A stretch of DNA of 64,000 bases from a virus (IMGVR_UViG_3300033802_000463:32001-96000); one strand, 5' to 3'; shown: positions 9,219 to 18,584, counted from the first letter of the stretch. Numbers and translations: made by a program. Notes: a model not told the origin generated them from the sequence alone.

Positions 9219-10985
9219 TTAAATCCAGGAGTAGGACAGGCCATGAAGCTCTTGTCCATTCTTCAATACTGCTTTGATGCGCAGTGCATTACCAGAAGGT
9301 AGATCATCCAGCTTTGACAAGACATCGGGCTCTATCTTCTTCCAAGTTACACCGTCATCTCTGGATACATAATATTCGGGAGCTTCTGGTTTCAAAAGAT
9401 CATAGAGCACAGACAAGTTTGTGATGCTTGGCGTCATGGTGTAGACTTTTTCGTTTACTGTAAGCTTGTCTACAGTGACAACATCAGTTGATTTATCTTG
9501 TTCCAGATAGAAAGCAAAGCGAACTTTACCATCAGGGATGAAAGATTGCCATTCAGATTTTGTAAGAGCATTGAGCTGAGCTGGAGTAAACCCATTAGCT
9601 TTCACGGCAGTTAAGTTGGCGGGATCAACGGACACCATACCATTGCCCTTCCATGTTACTCCACTATCCCCACTGACAAGGACTTTGATATCGGTGTTGC
9701 CTTGATTCACTTCAAACATTTTCAATTCATACATATACATAGCTGAAGAACTTTTGCCCGCAGTGACATTAATTCTATATTTTTTGTATGCCTTTGAGTT
9801 ACTGAAGGTAAATTCATTTTCGTAAATGCTTCCTGTACCTGTGAAATTGTAGTTGCTTCTAGTATCAAGCACTACCCATTGTGATCCGTCCCATCCTTCA
9901 AATGTCCAACTCATTGGATATGTGGTGGAAGATGTCACGATTGCATATTTTCCTATAATCTTCTCTGTCGGAAACTCATAGGATAGCCATTGTGGATATG
10001 AAACGATAAGCCATGAATCATTCGTGACACCGTTAAAGGCCATATAAGGATAGGTGTTACTTGTTCCATGTGTATAACTCGCCTCTACTTTTCCAGATGG
10101 AGTAGTGGCACTCGTCATCACTGGGATGGCATTGTTACTTGAATATCCACCAATCGCTGTTGCATCCAATTTCACACTTTCTACTTCTCCTACTGTTAGA
10201 TCTCCTACTGGAAGAACAAGTTTAGCTTTAGGAATAGCAGTCATATTGAGGGTGCGGGAAATAGAATCCCCTTCTTCATTCGTCCAACACAATAACTCAG
10301 GTGTATCTGATGTTAATTGTTGAATAGCTGCATTATCTATCAAAGAGAGATCTGTCATACCATCTGTATCAAACATTGCTTTGGTGACGGGTGCGGTGCC
10401 GACAACTATCCACCCACCACTATTATATTCAAACATTTCAATTTCCCGAACCGCCCAGTTAGAAACGGGAGCGGAGTTAGCCAAAAGCCTCCAATATCGA
10501 CTTGCAGGCGCATCTGCAAATTCAATGGTTTCGGTTAGAAGAGTAGCGGTAACTTGTAAAGGTTTTGTATCAACATCAGCCCAAGTCACATTATCATCTG
10601 AACGCTGTATCTTTACACTAGACACCTTATAGTTGGTTTCAGTACCTGATGTTCCTAAGTGTTGTGTGATAGTAAATTTCTTGATTTTTTTGGCTGTTCC
10701 AAAATCATATCCAATCGCCGCTGCCCCATTTGCTGCGGCACCTGATTGAGCAGACACCCAAACATCAGACAAAGAATCATTAAAAGCATAAGATGCGGCA
10801 CGTGCTGTTGATAAATCTCCATTGGAGATAGCGGCTCCTCCTACACAAACATCAGAAGTAGAATACCCAGGCATAACATATTTCTTTATATCTGTTCCAT
10901 CTTGGATGAGATATTTATTTGAAATCATATTAATCCATTGTGTAACATCGGCAGTTTTATCCCATTCTACGGCTATAATGGTCAT
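9219..10985 (-). CDS. Receptor-binding/tail protein with two discoidin (F5/8 type C)-like domains
   Basis: Two repeats of A..AFND....W.......(I/L).Y(D/E)F...K.I.K(F/Y).I....(S/W)...W...D......R(Y)WR(L/I)......E.(E/K)MFE. Start at ATG 10985 (MTIIAVEW) after GAAGGTGA, with ATGA overlap on the RT stop. Confidence 0.75.
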   Translation of the reverse strand: MTIIAVEWDKTADVTQWINMISNKYLIQDGTDIKKYVMPGYSTSDVCVGGAAISNGDLSTARAASYAFNDSLSDVWVSAQSGAAANGAAAIGYDFGTAKKIKKFTITQHLGTSGTETNYKVSSVKIQRSDDNVTWADVDTKPLQVTATLLTETIEFADAPASRYWRLLANSAPVSNWAVREIEMFEYNSGGWIVVGTAPVTKAMFDTDGMTDLSLIDNAAIQQLTSDTPELLCWTNEEGDSISRTLNMTAIPKAKLVLPVGDLTVGEVESVKLDATAIGGYSSNNAIPVMTSATTPSGKVEASYTHGTSNTYPYMAFNGVTNDSWLIVSYPQWLSYEFPTEKIIGKYAIVTSSTTYPMSWTFEGWDGSQWVVLDTRSNYNFTGTGSIYENEFTFSNSKAYKKYRINVTAGKSSSAMYMYELKMFEVNQGNTDIKVLVSGDSGVTWKGNGMVSVDPANLTAVKANGFTPAQLNALTKSEWQSFIPDGKVRFAFYLEQDKSTDVVTVDKLTVNEKVYTMTPSITNLSVLYDLLKPEAPEYYVSRDDGVTWKKIEPDVLSKLDDLPSGNALRIKAVLKNGQELHGLSYSWI

Positions 10986-11986
10986 TTTTTCACCTTCTTT
11001 AAAAGTGGCGTAATGCATTTCTTTTCTAAATTATATCCGTTTGCCCATTTGATCCAACCACTATAACTCATTATGCTAGACAGATCATAATGATCAATAT
11101 ATGCTTTCTTTCGCAATTTCCTCATTTTCTTCTTAACCTTTTTCGCAATTGATTTTCTCAATAATGTATAATTTCCAAAACTTCGATAACCAACAAAGTC
11201 TACACCTCTTATATATGTCGGGAACACTTGCCAATTTTTCTTGAGTTGCAAATTTAATTGGTCAGATAAATAATTTTCGATTTCTTTTCGGAGTCGATGA
11301 AGAAAATTTTTATCATGATGTAGGATAACTATATCATCCATGTATCGCAAGTAATACTTGATTTTCTTTTCTTCTTTTATCCAATGATCAAAATAGGAAA
11401 GATAAAAATTTCCAAAATACTGAGAGAGATAATTTCCAATCGGTACTCCTCGATCACAACTATCAATAATTTCATCTAAAATCCAAAGTAGATTCTTATC
11501 TTTGAATTTTTTTCTTAATAATTGTTTAAGAATTTCTTTATCAATGGAAGGAAAGAATTTATTTATATCTAACTTCAAACAATATTTTGTTCCTTCTTGA
11601 TCCATCATAAACTGATGAAGTCTTTGTAATGCCTTATGTGTTCCTTTGTTTGGCAAAGCCGCATACGTATCATGAATAAAAGTTTTTAAGAAAATATCTT
11701 CAATTTGAAGCATAATTGCCCAATGAACGATACGATCAGGATAATAAGGAAGTTTGTATATTTCTCTTTCCTTCCCACTGTCCTGTATCGTAAATATGGT
11801 ATATGGTGAAGTTTTGTATGTTTTATTGGTCAACATAGTTTGAATATGAAAAAGATAGAAATCTGGATCTTGATCGACCATTTTGACTTCTTGATAAAAT
11901 GTTTTATTTTTGCGAGCTTTCTGGTGCGCTAATCGTAAGTTGTCGATATCTGTAATTTTATCAAAGATTCGGCCATGTCTTTTCAT
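10982..11986 (-). CDS. Reverse transcriptase, DGR class (334 aa)
   Basis: RT motifs KEREIYKLPYYPDRIVHWAI, YCLKLDINKFFPSID, GVPIGNYLSQ (SQ signature of DGR RTs), YLRYMDD, GVDFVGY. No maturase or endonuclease extension. Adjacent to the TR. Confidence 0.96.
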   Translation of the reverse strand: MKRHGRIFDKITDIDNLRLAHQKARKNKTFYQEVKMVDQDPDFYLFHIQTMLTNKTYKTSPYTIFTIQDSGKEREIYKLPYYPDRIVHWAIMLQIEDIFLKTFIHDTYAALPNKGTHKALQRLHQFMMDQEGTKYCLKLDINKFFPSIDKEILKQLLRKKFKDKNLLWILDEIIDSCDRGVPIGNYLSQYFGNFYLSYFDHWIKEEKKIKYYLRYMDDIVILHHDKNFLHRLRKEIENYLSDQLNLQLKKNWQVFPTYIRGVDFVGYRSFGNYTLLRKSIAKKVKKKMRKLRKKAYIDHYDLSSIMSYSGWIKWANGYNLEKKCITPLLKKVKK

Positions 11987-12118
11987 TTTATCAATTCCTT
12001 TTGTGTGCTCTGATATTGGATGTTCAGATTACTTACTAATCCAATGTACTGATGCAAGTTGTGTGTTCGACCAAGCGGTCAGGCAAGTGGGGTTACACCA
12101 TGAATAATTGCACACAAT
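11987..12118 (-). ncRNA. Structured TR-RT spacer (3' part of DGR template RNA)
   Basis: Inverted repeats TTGTGTGC (12001-12008)/GCACACAA (12110-12117) and ATTGGAT (12015-12021)/ATCCAAT (12039-12045). Position is equivalent to the spacer used for cDNA priming in characterised DGRs. Confidence 0.55.
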
Positions 12119-12251
12119 AGGTGGGTGCCAATATTCGAGTTCACATTAGACGCCACATTATTCAAGTGGAGATTGAACGTGCCTGCATTCGAACCATTAC
12201 TCCAATTGCCGCCAAAATTGGCGACCCGACCCGAATACAGATTCCCATTTT
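12119..12251 (-). repeat. DGR template repeat (TR)
   Basis: Non-coding 133-nt copy of 12298..12430. In the target frame it reads with 12 AAY codons. Confidence 0.95.
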
Positions 12252-12287
12252 ACTTGCCTATATTGGCAATATTAACATAAATTTATT

Positions 12288-13328
12288 CTATAGAGCAAGG
12301 CGGGCGCCAATACTCGAGCTCACACTAGACGCCACACTAAACAAGCGGAGACTGAACGCGCCCGCAAGCGAACCAAAACTCCAATCGCCGCCAAAATAGG
12401 CGACCCGACCCGAATACAGAGCCCCATAATCATATAATTTAGACGTAGCAGTTCCTGAAAAAGTCTTACCAATAAATCCTAACTGTGGTTCAGATTGAAT
12501 ATCACTAATATATCCTCCTGTGTTTGGAATAGTTACTGTAAATTTTTGATATCCAGTTCCTGCATCATTAAAGCCTTTATTTCCAATTAAGATACCAGTT
12601 GAATCAGTCACAATTCCATCAATAAAGTAAAAGATATTGCCCCAATAGTCTTCAATTCCTCGATATGACATTTGTTGTTTTCCTGTTGTTTCGCCATAAG
12701 AGTGATTACCTTTATTTAATGTTCCGCCTGTATTGATTGATGCAGTATTTCCATCAACATATCCTCTGCCAATTTTCGTTTGTGAGTCAAAATGACCATA
12801 TTCTATCAAATAAAGCAATTGCACGGCATATAAAAGATTATAATCGACAAGTCCCCATCCATTACCTCTTGCTTGTGCTTGTGATCGAAAAGTTCCAATC
12901 GTTTGTGAAACAGTTGGCGATTTATTAGGTAAAGACTCTAATTTTCCTGCGTTATTGTATCCCATGAAGGCGGAGTAATAGCGAAAATCCACTTCTTCAG
13001 CAATTCCGTCACCATCTCGGTCACGATAAAAGGCAGGGTGAACTTCATATCCTTCTGCCGGCCCGGAAGAAATATAAAATCGAAATCCCATTTTACTTCC
13101 TTCGGTAAAAGGCTCTTTTTTATACCAAAACTTTGGAATTTCCACCATGACTTGACCATTGGCTCCTGTTAAATTCGCTGTTGTCCCATCAGCCTTTTTC
13201 GTCGAATCATTTGGATCTAAATAATAATTGACTGTTCCATTGTCTAAAACCAAACAACGTTTCATTCCAGCCCAAGGCATGGTTGTATTAAAATCTACAG
13301 GTGGCGTGGTTGTGTATTGCAATGCCAT
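12288..13328 (-). CDS. DGR target protein, C-type-lectin-fold (Mtd/FGE-like) putative receptor-binding protein
   Basis: Motifs GQVMVEIPKFWYK, YRGIEDYWGNIFYFIDG and C-terminal FGGDWS.GS.AG.F.L......S.....IGARL. The VR encodes the last ~45 residues. Confidence 0.9.
   Translation of the reverse strand: MALQYTTTPPVDFNTTMPWAGMKRCLVLDNGTVNYYLDPNDSTKKADGTTANLTGANGQVMVEIPKFWYKKEPFTEGSKMGFRFYISSGPAEGYEVHPAFYRDRDGDGIAEEVDFRYYSAFMGYNNAGKLESLPNKSPTVSQTIGTFRSQAQARGNGWGLVDYNLLYAVQLLYLIEYGHFDSQTKIGRGYVDGNTASINTGGTLNKGNHSYGETTGKQQMSYRGIEDYWGNIFYFIDGIVTDSTGILIGNKGFNDAGTGYQKFTVTIPNTGGYISDIQSEPQLGFIGKTFSGTATSKLYDYGALYSGRVAYFGGDWSFGSLAGAFSLRLFSVASSVSSSIGARLAL
12298..12430 (-). repeat. DGR variable repeat (VR) at 3' end of target gene
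   Basis: Ungapped alignment to the TR at offset 179, with 22 mismatches counted by hand, all at TR adenines (minus strand). Confidence 0.95.
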
Positions 13329-13329
13329 T

Positions 13330-14400
13330 TTAAACTACCTCCAGTTTCTCAATCGATTTGAATTGATTTTTATTAATGACTGTTCGAAGCAATGTTCCTG
13401 TTTCGACCCATGCGGGATCTACATTGAATGACTGTGTGTAATTTGTTTTCAATTTCAGTGATCCATTAAATATAACCTGTTCATCGGATTGGAAAAGATT
13501 CTTCTCGTTTGAATCAAAATCATACATCGTTTTTGGATTGATCATTCCATCGGCTTGCAATTCGATTTTTATTTTCAAAAATCTTCCATGAGGAGAACTA
13601 ATCGTACCGTCTGAATTAACTGGACTGAATGGTAAAAATGACTGATTATCCATAGAAGTTGATACATAGACAGTCGCTTTAGTAGGATCTGAAGATGTGT
13701 AAATGATTTTATAAATCGATTTGTAATTGTCCCCTAAATCAATGACAGGAGATTCCCATGTCCCTGTTGAGTAATAAATGCCGGGTTCTTTTTCTGCAAT
13801 CTTGATTGTATAACTATCGCTGGATATCACAATCCATTGTGTTGTATCTGCTGATTGTTCCCATTCCATTCCGATGCTTCCTGGATTTTTTATTGCAATC
13901 GTTTGTTGATGATTTCCTTGTTGTAAATTAATAATTTTGTCATCCTGCGTTTTTGCATTACTTGCTTGAGATACAACAATCATTGTAGGATCTGAAGAAG
14001 TGGTTTCTGCTGTGGTTACGACCTCGGCTTGTGTTTGACCTGGATCGATTTTGACTTTCTTTCCCGCAGCGTCAAACAAGAAACCAGTGGACTTGGCTTT
14101 ATCGATCCCTGTGTCATCTCCGAAGTCATCGAAGGCCAAATCGGTCATGCCGTATCGGTTCTTATTAACCACGGCATTCATGCGAAGATTGTGTTTATTT
14201 ATATTAGCTGCTGTGTTTGCTTCCACATCCGACACACGATTGTAAAGTGTCACATGCGGATCTTTTTTCTCCAATTCTTCCAGCCTTGTTTTTACATTGG
14301 GATATATATCTTGAACGCCATCACCAAGACGTGTATTAACTTTTTGCACTGCTCTCTTGGCATGGTTTGCTTTCCCCAAAGAGATGATATCCATACACAT
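13330..14400 (-). CDS. Tail-fibre/RBP adaptor-like protein, MDVIS-family paralog 2
   Basis: MDIISLGKAN N-terminus (alternative start 14394). GTWESPVIDLG and C-terminal GTLLRTVINKNQFKSI are shared with 18581..19276. Confidence 0.7.
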   Translation of the reverse strand: MCMDIISLGKANHAKRAVQKVNTRLGDGVQDIYPNVKTRLEELEKKDPHVTLYNRVSDVEANTAANINKHNLRMNAVVNKNRYGMTDLAFDDFGDDTGIDKAKSTGFLFDAAGKKVKIDPGQTQAEVVTTAETTSSDPTMIVVSQASNAKTQDDKIINLQQGNHQQTIAIKNPGSIGMEWEQSADTTQWIVISSDSYTIKIAEKEPGIYYSTGTWESPVIDLGDNYKSIYKIIYTSSDPTKATVYVSTSMDNQSFLPFSPVNSDGTISSPHGRFLKIKIELQADGMINPKTMYDFDSNEKNLFQSDEQVIFNGSLKLKTNYTQSFNVDPAWVETGTLLRTVINKNQFKSIEKLEVV

Positions 14401-14427
14401 AACACTCCTTTATGAACGCATGGGCGA

Positions 14428-17400
14428 TTAAGCCCATGCGTATGACAATGCAGTCAGAGTTGATTGGTCATCAGGCAGTGTAACCCTTATCTTGAGCTCA
14501 TTCCCTTGTTGATTTGTAATGTCTTTCAACTCCTCAATATTGATATTATACCATGTAATTCCCCCGTCCAGTGAGTATTCGAATTTACATCCATGATGAT
14601 CTGCATTTACTATCAGCACGCTTCGATTGTCTGGAAGAGATTCCATATCAGTTTCAATGATTCCTGGGCCCTGATAGTCTTTGGTCGATGGCCGATACAA
14701 GCTTCCTTCAACTCTAATCATGCTATCGTCTTCAAAAGTATCAACGACCATATCATGCAATTTATATTTTTCCGAATTGAGCAATGCATTGCTCTTGAAG
14801 TTGAGCTTTGCGATATTGATGGCGTTGATGCGTTCCAGATCCTGAAGCCGCCCTTCGAGCGTAATCGCTTCGTAAGTGATGGTGATCGATTCTAGCGATG
14901 GAGTGCTGGTTGCTGCGCCTTTCGGCGTGTACCCAATAAGACTCACGCTTGGAACATCGGCTAATGTGTTTTGTTCAAGATAATAGGCGAAACGAATTGT
15001 TTTGGATGACCCCAGGTAAGTGTTCCACTCTTCTTGCGTAATAGCATTCAAAACATTCGGCGTCATACCAAACGATCTAACCTTATCGAGATCATTCAGA
15101 TTCACATGAACAAACTCAGACCCCACCTTGGCCTGCCAAGTCTGTCCAGAGTCTTTGCTTACAAATGCAAGAATTTTGCTTGTACCTGGTGCTGTAGCTG
15201 TCAGTGTAAAGTCATTAATACCCTGACCAGGAATATCAATATCTCCAATTGGCATAATCACCTGATCATTTGGTATGGCTTCCAATGCAATCATGTCACT
15301 CGTGCTTTCCTGGTCGTCAGTCCACATCAAAATCTTTGGATGATTGGAAGACAGAAGCTGAATTGCAGTCTCATCAATGCTTAAGAGACGGCTCATTCCT
15401 TTTAGATTAAACATTTCTTCTGTTGCTGGTGCATCTCCTACAGTCTCCCATCGATAAGCAAATGAGACATCACTGCTCCATTGCACATTCGTTAATGTGC
15501 CTGTTGCTTGGGTGATTTTCTCCGTGGTGGTGCTTCCAGTTGCTTCATCAAATGTCCAGTAATGAACGATCCCGTTTTCATCGCCTTTCAAATAGATATT
15601 TCTGTAATAGGTGATCTCCTCTTTCGTTAACGCTCTACTCCAGATTGAAATATCGTCAATATTGCCATTGAATTTGTACTGGTCAGATATGAGATGAGCT
15701 CCAATAATGGTATTGCCTCGAACCAGACTTGGACTCATGATGGTCGAATTTCCGGAAGGTAAACCATCTACGAAAACCTGAATCATTCCACCATTATGAA
15801 CAACCGCAACCTGATGCCACTTACCATCATTCACGGCGATTGTTGAGTTTGTTCCACCCACGGCGTACAAATCAAATCTTACGAAGCCTTCGGGAGTCAG
15901 ATAGAAGAATAAGCTTTGATTTTTCTGTTCGGCCCCGAAATCAATAATCTCTTGCCGCTTGCCACTGGAGCTGGTCTTGATCATGGCAATGATGGTAAAA
16001 TCACCAGAACCAGTTATTGGAGAGGTTGAGCAGAGCACCTGTCCATTTCCATTGAATTTAAGAGAGCTGCCTGGCAAGAGAGAATACCTCTTAATCTTTC
16101 CATTATCCTCAACAAGAAACTTACGAATGGGTGTTTTTTCAATGATAAGAATCGGCCGGAACCCGGTCAATGCGCCACTATAGCTGCTCGCAGTTGAAGA
16201 CCATTTAGCAAGACTGGGCTGATCTGATCTGTTATTGTAACCACGAACAACTCTTGTATCAGTGGATGTATCTGTCGATGTTGGTGAAGTGGATGTGATG
16301 GAATAAAGGTTGTTTTGATTCCACACATACACGTCACCTGGAATAATCGAACCTTCAAGATCAGAGCCTTCAACATACCTATCCCACTCATTATCTTTGT
16401 CAGCGTTATTGATGCCGCCAGTCGGAAGACGAAGATACAAATTCGAATTACTGTCATCGACAAACAAGTGATTAGCCAACAATCCGCTCCCGCTTGCTAC
16501 GCCTGCAGTGTTTAATGCATCATAACTAATGGTGTGTTGCAGGTTTCGATCTGCCAGAAGCTTTAATCGTCCATTTTCTCTGTCAAAATCAACGCAGATA
16601 AAATAGAAATCACCGTCTGGAGCAACTGATGATGTTGCTGGAATAAAGTCTTTGTTTTCTTGCCCGAGCCCATAAAATGATCCGAGAGCTCCTGGTGAAA
16701 CGACTTTGTATCCACACCGAATACGCTTGCCAACTGTCAATCCGTTAACAGAAAGAACTTCATCCAGATGCAAAAGACGGCCGTTTTCATCAATATCAAT
16801 GGCGTCCACGATCATTTGTGACACCGTGTTTGCAGTTATTTTGACAAGATGTTCCCCATCTGGCAGGTCATTCTTTTCATAAAGGACAGTTTGGTATCTA
16901 CCGATCGCATCATAGCCACGAATACTGATGATTTCTTCAATCCCGTCGATTTCTACTTTCACACTGTCAGAAGTAGCAGAACTCATATATCCAATCCATC
17001 TTAACTTGGTTCCTTTAAAGCGAAAAGTAAAGAACATGTTTTCTTTCGATGCATTGGTTTGGCCATATGCGGCTGTGCCGTGATAGGTTTTGTTGTACAT
17101 TTTTTCACTTTGAGTTGCGGATCCTACAAACCAATTACCGCCCCCGTAAGTGATGGCTGAATGCGAGTCATCATATCTTTTCCACCCATCTTCTACCCTA
17201 TCAAGGTATTCTCCAACCGTTATCTCATCTGAAGTTCCTTGCCAAATCTCAATATCATCAAGATCGCCAGTGAAAAATTGCTGATATGTGTTGGCATTTT
17301 GCGCGTGCATGCATCCGAGGACAAAGTTGCGCCCGTAATACGTAGGGTACGTATTCGGCGTATACATGGCACTATACGTGTGAGTGTTGTCTATGGCGAT

Positions 17401-17874
17401 AGAGATGATCCCATGCTCATTGTCATTGACAATTTTAATGTCGTGCCATTTATTATCACAAACATTTACGCCCTCAGTTATTATCGCATTGTACAAATTG
17501 GTCTTATCCTCGCCGACAACACGAAGGACCAGTGAACCTGGGCTTGGCCTATCATAGCCATGAATATAAAGACAGATGCCAGGCTCGATAGCCGTTTGAA
17601 CTGTTGTTCCTGTTGCAAAGATGACCTCAATAGCATTTGGGATGGCGGCCACTCTTAATTTCATCTTTAGAACAAACGATCCTCTAGGAATAATGGGATT
17701 CGAAAAAACGATCCTACTTGATGATGATGCAGTAAATCTCCTTGCATTCCCGAAACCTGCAGGGCCTGCAATGATTGTTGTGTTGGTGGCTGTGCCATTA
17801 TATTTCCCAAGTGCATCAACAACAGTCGTACCACTAGATTCGTCGAGTCTCCAAATCGCAACCTGTTTATTCAT
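14428..17874 (-). CDS. Large receptor-binding/tail protein with two LamG (concanavalin-like) domains and a lectin-like module (1148 aa)
   Basis: LamG motifs WRLDESSGTT...DNKWHDI...FTGDLDDIEIW and NDGKWHQVAVV...FNGNIDDISIWSRALT. Internal ADRNLQHTISYDALN...NEWDRY...GFRP module. C-terminal half paralogous to the 599-aa protein. Confidence 0.8.
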   Translation of the reverse strand: MNKQVAIWRLDESSGTTVVDALGKYNGTATNTTIIAGPAGFGNARRFTASSSSRIVFSNPIIPRGSFVLKMKLRVAAIPNAIEVIFATGTTVQTAIEPGICLYIHGYDRPSPGSLVLRVVGEDKTNLYNAIITEGVNVCDNKWHDIKIVNDNEHGIISIAIDNTHTYSAMYTPNTYPTYYGRNFVLGCMHAQNANTYQQFFTGDLDDIEIWQGTSDEITVGEYLDRVEDGWKRYDDSHSAITYGGGNWFVGSATQSEKMYNKTYHGTAAYGQTNASKENMFFTFRFKGTKLRWIGYMSSATSDSVKVEIDGIEEIISIRGYDAIGRYQTVLYEKNDLPDGEHLVKITANTVSQMIVDAIDIDENGRLLHLDEVLSVNGLTVGKRIRCGYKVVSPGALGSFYGLGQENKDFIPATSSVAPDGDFYFICVDFDRENGRLKLLADRNLQHTISYDALNTAGVASGSGLLANHLFVDDSNSNLYLRLPTGGINNADKDNEWDRYVEGSDLEGSIIPGDVYVWNQNNLYSITSTSPTSTDTSTDTRVVRGYNNRSDQPSLAKWSSTASSYSGALTGFRPILIIEKTPIRKFLVEDNGKIKRYSLLPGSSLKFNGNGQVLCSTSPITGSGDFTIIAMIKTSSSGKRQEIIDFGAEQKNQSLFFYLTPEGFVRFDLYAVGGTNSTIAVNDGKWHQVAVVHNGGMIQVFVDGLPSGNSTIMSPSLVRGNTIIGAHLISDQYKFNGNIDDISIWSRALTKEEITYYRNIYLKGDENGIVHYWTFDEATGSTTTEKITQATGTLTNVQWSSDVSFAYRWETVGDAPATEEMFNLKGMSRLLSIDETAIQLLSSNHPKILMWTDDQESTSDMIALEAIPNDQVIMPIGDIDIPGQGINDFTLTATAPGTSKILAFVSKDSGQTWQAKVGSEFVHVNLNDLDKVRSFGMTPNVLNAITQEEWNTYLGSSKTIRFAYYLEQNTLADVPSVSLIGYTPKGAATSTPSLESITITYEAITLEGRLQDLERINAINIAKLNFKSNALLNSEKYKLHDMVVDTFEDDSMIRVEGSLYRPSTKDYQGPGIIETDMESLPDNRSVLIVNADHHGCKFEYSLDGGITWYNINIEELKDITNQQGNELKIRVTLPDDQSTLTALSYAWA

Positions 17875-18584
17875 AAATTCAACTCCTTATATTCAAACAC
17901 CGGTCGATATCCAACGTGCATGTCAGCTGTTGCAGCATCCGCACGATACCCCATCCGATTAAAAGTTGGATTAAAGACCAATTGCCCAACTTTCCCTCTC
18001 CTAACTTTGCTTTTCGCGTTAGCGTTTCGGGTGGCTCCATCAGCACTGGCCAGACTTGTAATTGGTGTGTCTTGACACCATGTGCTTACGCCTACGCTCC
18101 AGTGAAACACATCATCGAGTGTCTTTCCTTGTTGAACCAATTCGGTAGGAAACTTAACCAGGTAACGATCCCATTCATTGTTGGTAGGCCAAGCTCCAAA
18201 TCCAAGATCTCCATCCAGATACATCTCACCGCTGGCATTTGCGTATGCAACGCCGCCTGTAGGAGTACGTAGCAGACCTGAATAGCCGTCCAACACTTCT
18301 GGCTTACCTTCAATGAGTTTGTTATTGTTTAGTGCAACCCACGTGACGGAGTGAAAAATCGTTCTATCACTTACCAACAACCCTCTTGCCACTTTTATAA
18401 AGTAAAAGAACCCATTTGAAGCAGTGCTCCAGTCCGATCCTTCCAATGGATATTCCGTATATCCTTTATCGCCAAGAGATATGGTGTTTGTCTGTTTGGT
18501 GTAATTAGTTTTGATATAGTCCCCAATCCCCATTTCCTCGATTTTTGATCTAAGTTGGCCTATTGTCGCTGGAACCGGCATCAT
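17871..18584 (-). CDS. Tail-associated protein, paralog of the central module of the 1148-aa protein
   Basis: Shares G(F/D)FYFI...L..DR...H.(V/I).W.ALN...R.PTGG...NEWDRY...G(Y/F)RP with 14428..17874. Confidence 0.65.
   Translation of the reverse strand: MMPVPATIGQLRSKIEEMGIGDYIKTNYTKQTNTISLGDKGYTEYPLEGSDWSTASNGFFYFIKVARGLLVSDRTIFHSVTWVALNNNKLIEGKPEVLDGYSGLLRTPTGGVAYANASGEMYLDGDLGFGAWPTNNEWDRYLVKFPTELVQQGKTLDDVFHWSVGVSTWCQDTPITSLASADGATRNANAKSKVRRGKVGQLVFNPTFNRMGYRADAATADMHVGYRPVFEYKELNL

Larger units (their letters stand above)
10982..13328 (-). mobile_element. Diversity-generating retroelement (target/VR - TR - RT)
   Basis: DGR-type RT plus a 133-nt TR/VR repeat pair with adenine-specific differences. 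Confidence 0.95.

Noticed and set aside
10982-11986. RT as group II intron, retron or Abi RT
   Set aside because: Short RT with the SQ motif, no maturase or HNH domain, and an adjacent adenine-specific TR/VR pair identify it as DGR-type.
12121-12399. 92-aa + strand ORF across TR/VR
   Set aside because: Antisense reading of the repeat pair, with no RBS or recognisable domain.
16140-16330. CLec-like ...RVVRG...GFRP segment of the 1148-aa protein as a second DGR target
   Set aside because: No nucleotide similarity to the TR, so it cannot be diversified by this TR.
17880-18080. C-terminal ...RRG...GYRP of the 237-aa protein as a second DGR target
   Set aside because: No alignment to the TR. 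It may share the fold only.
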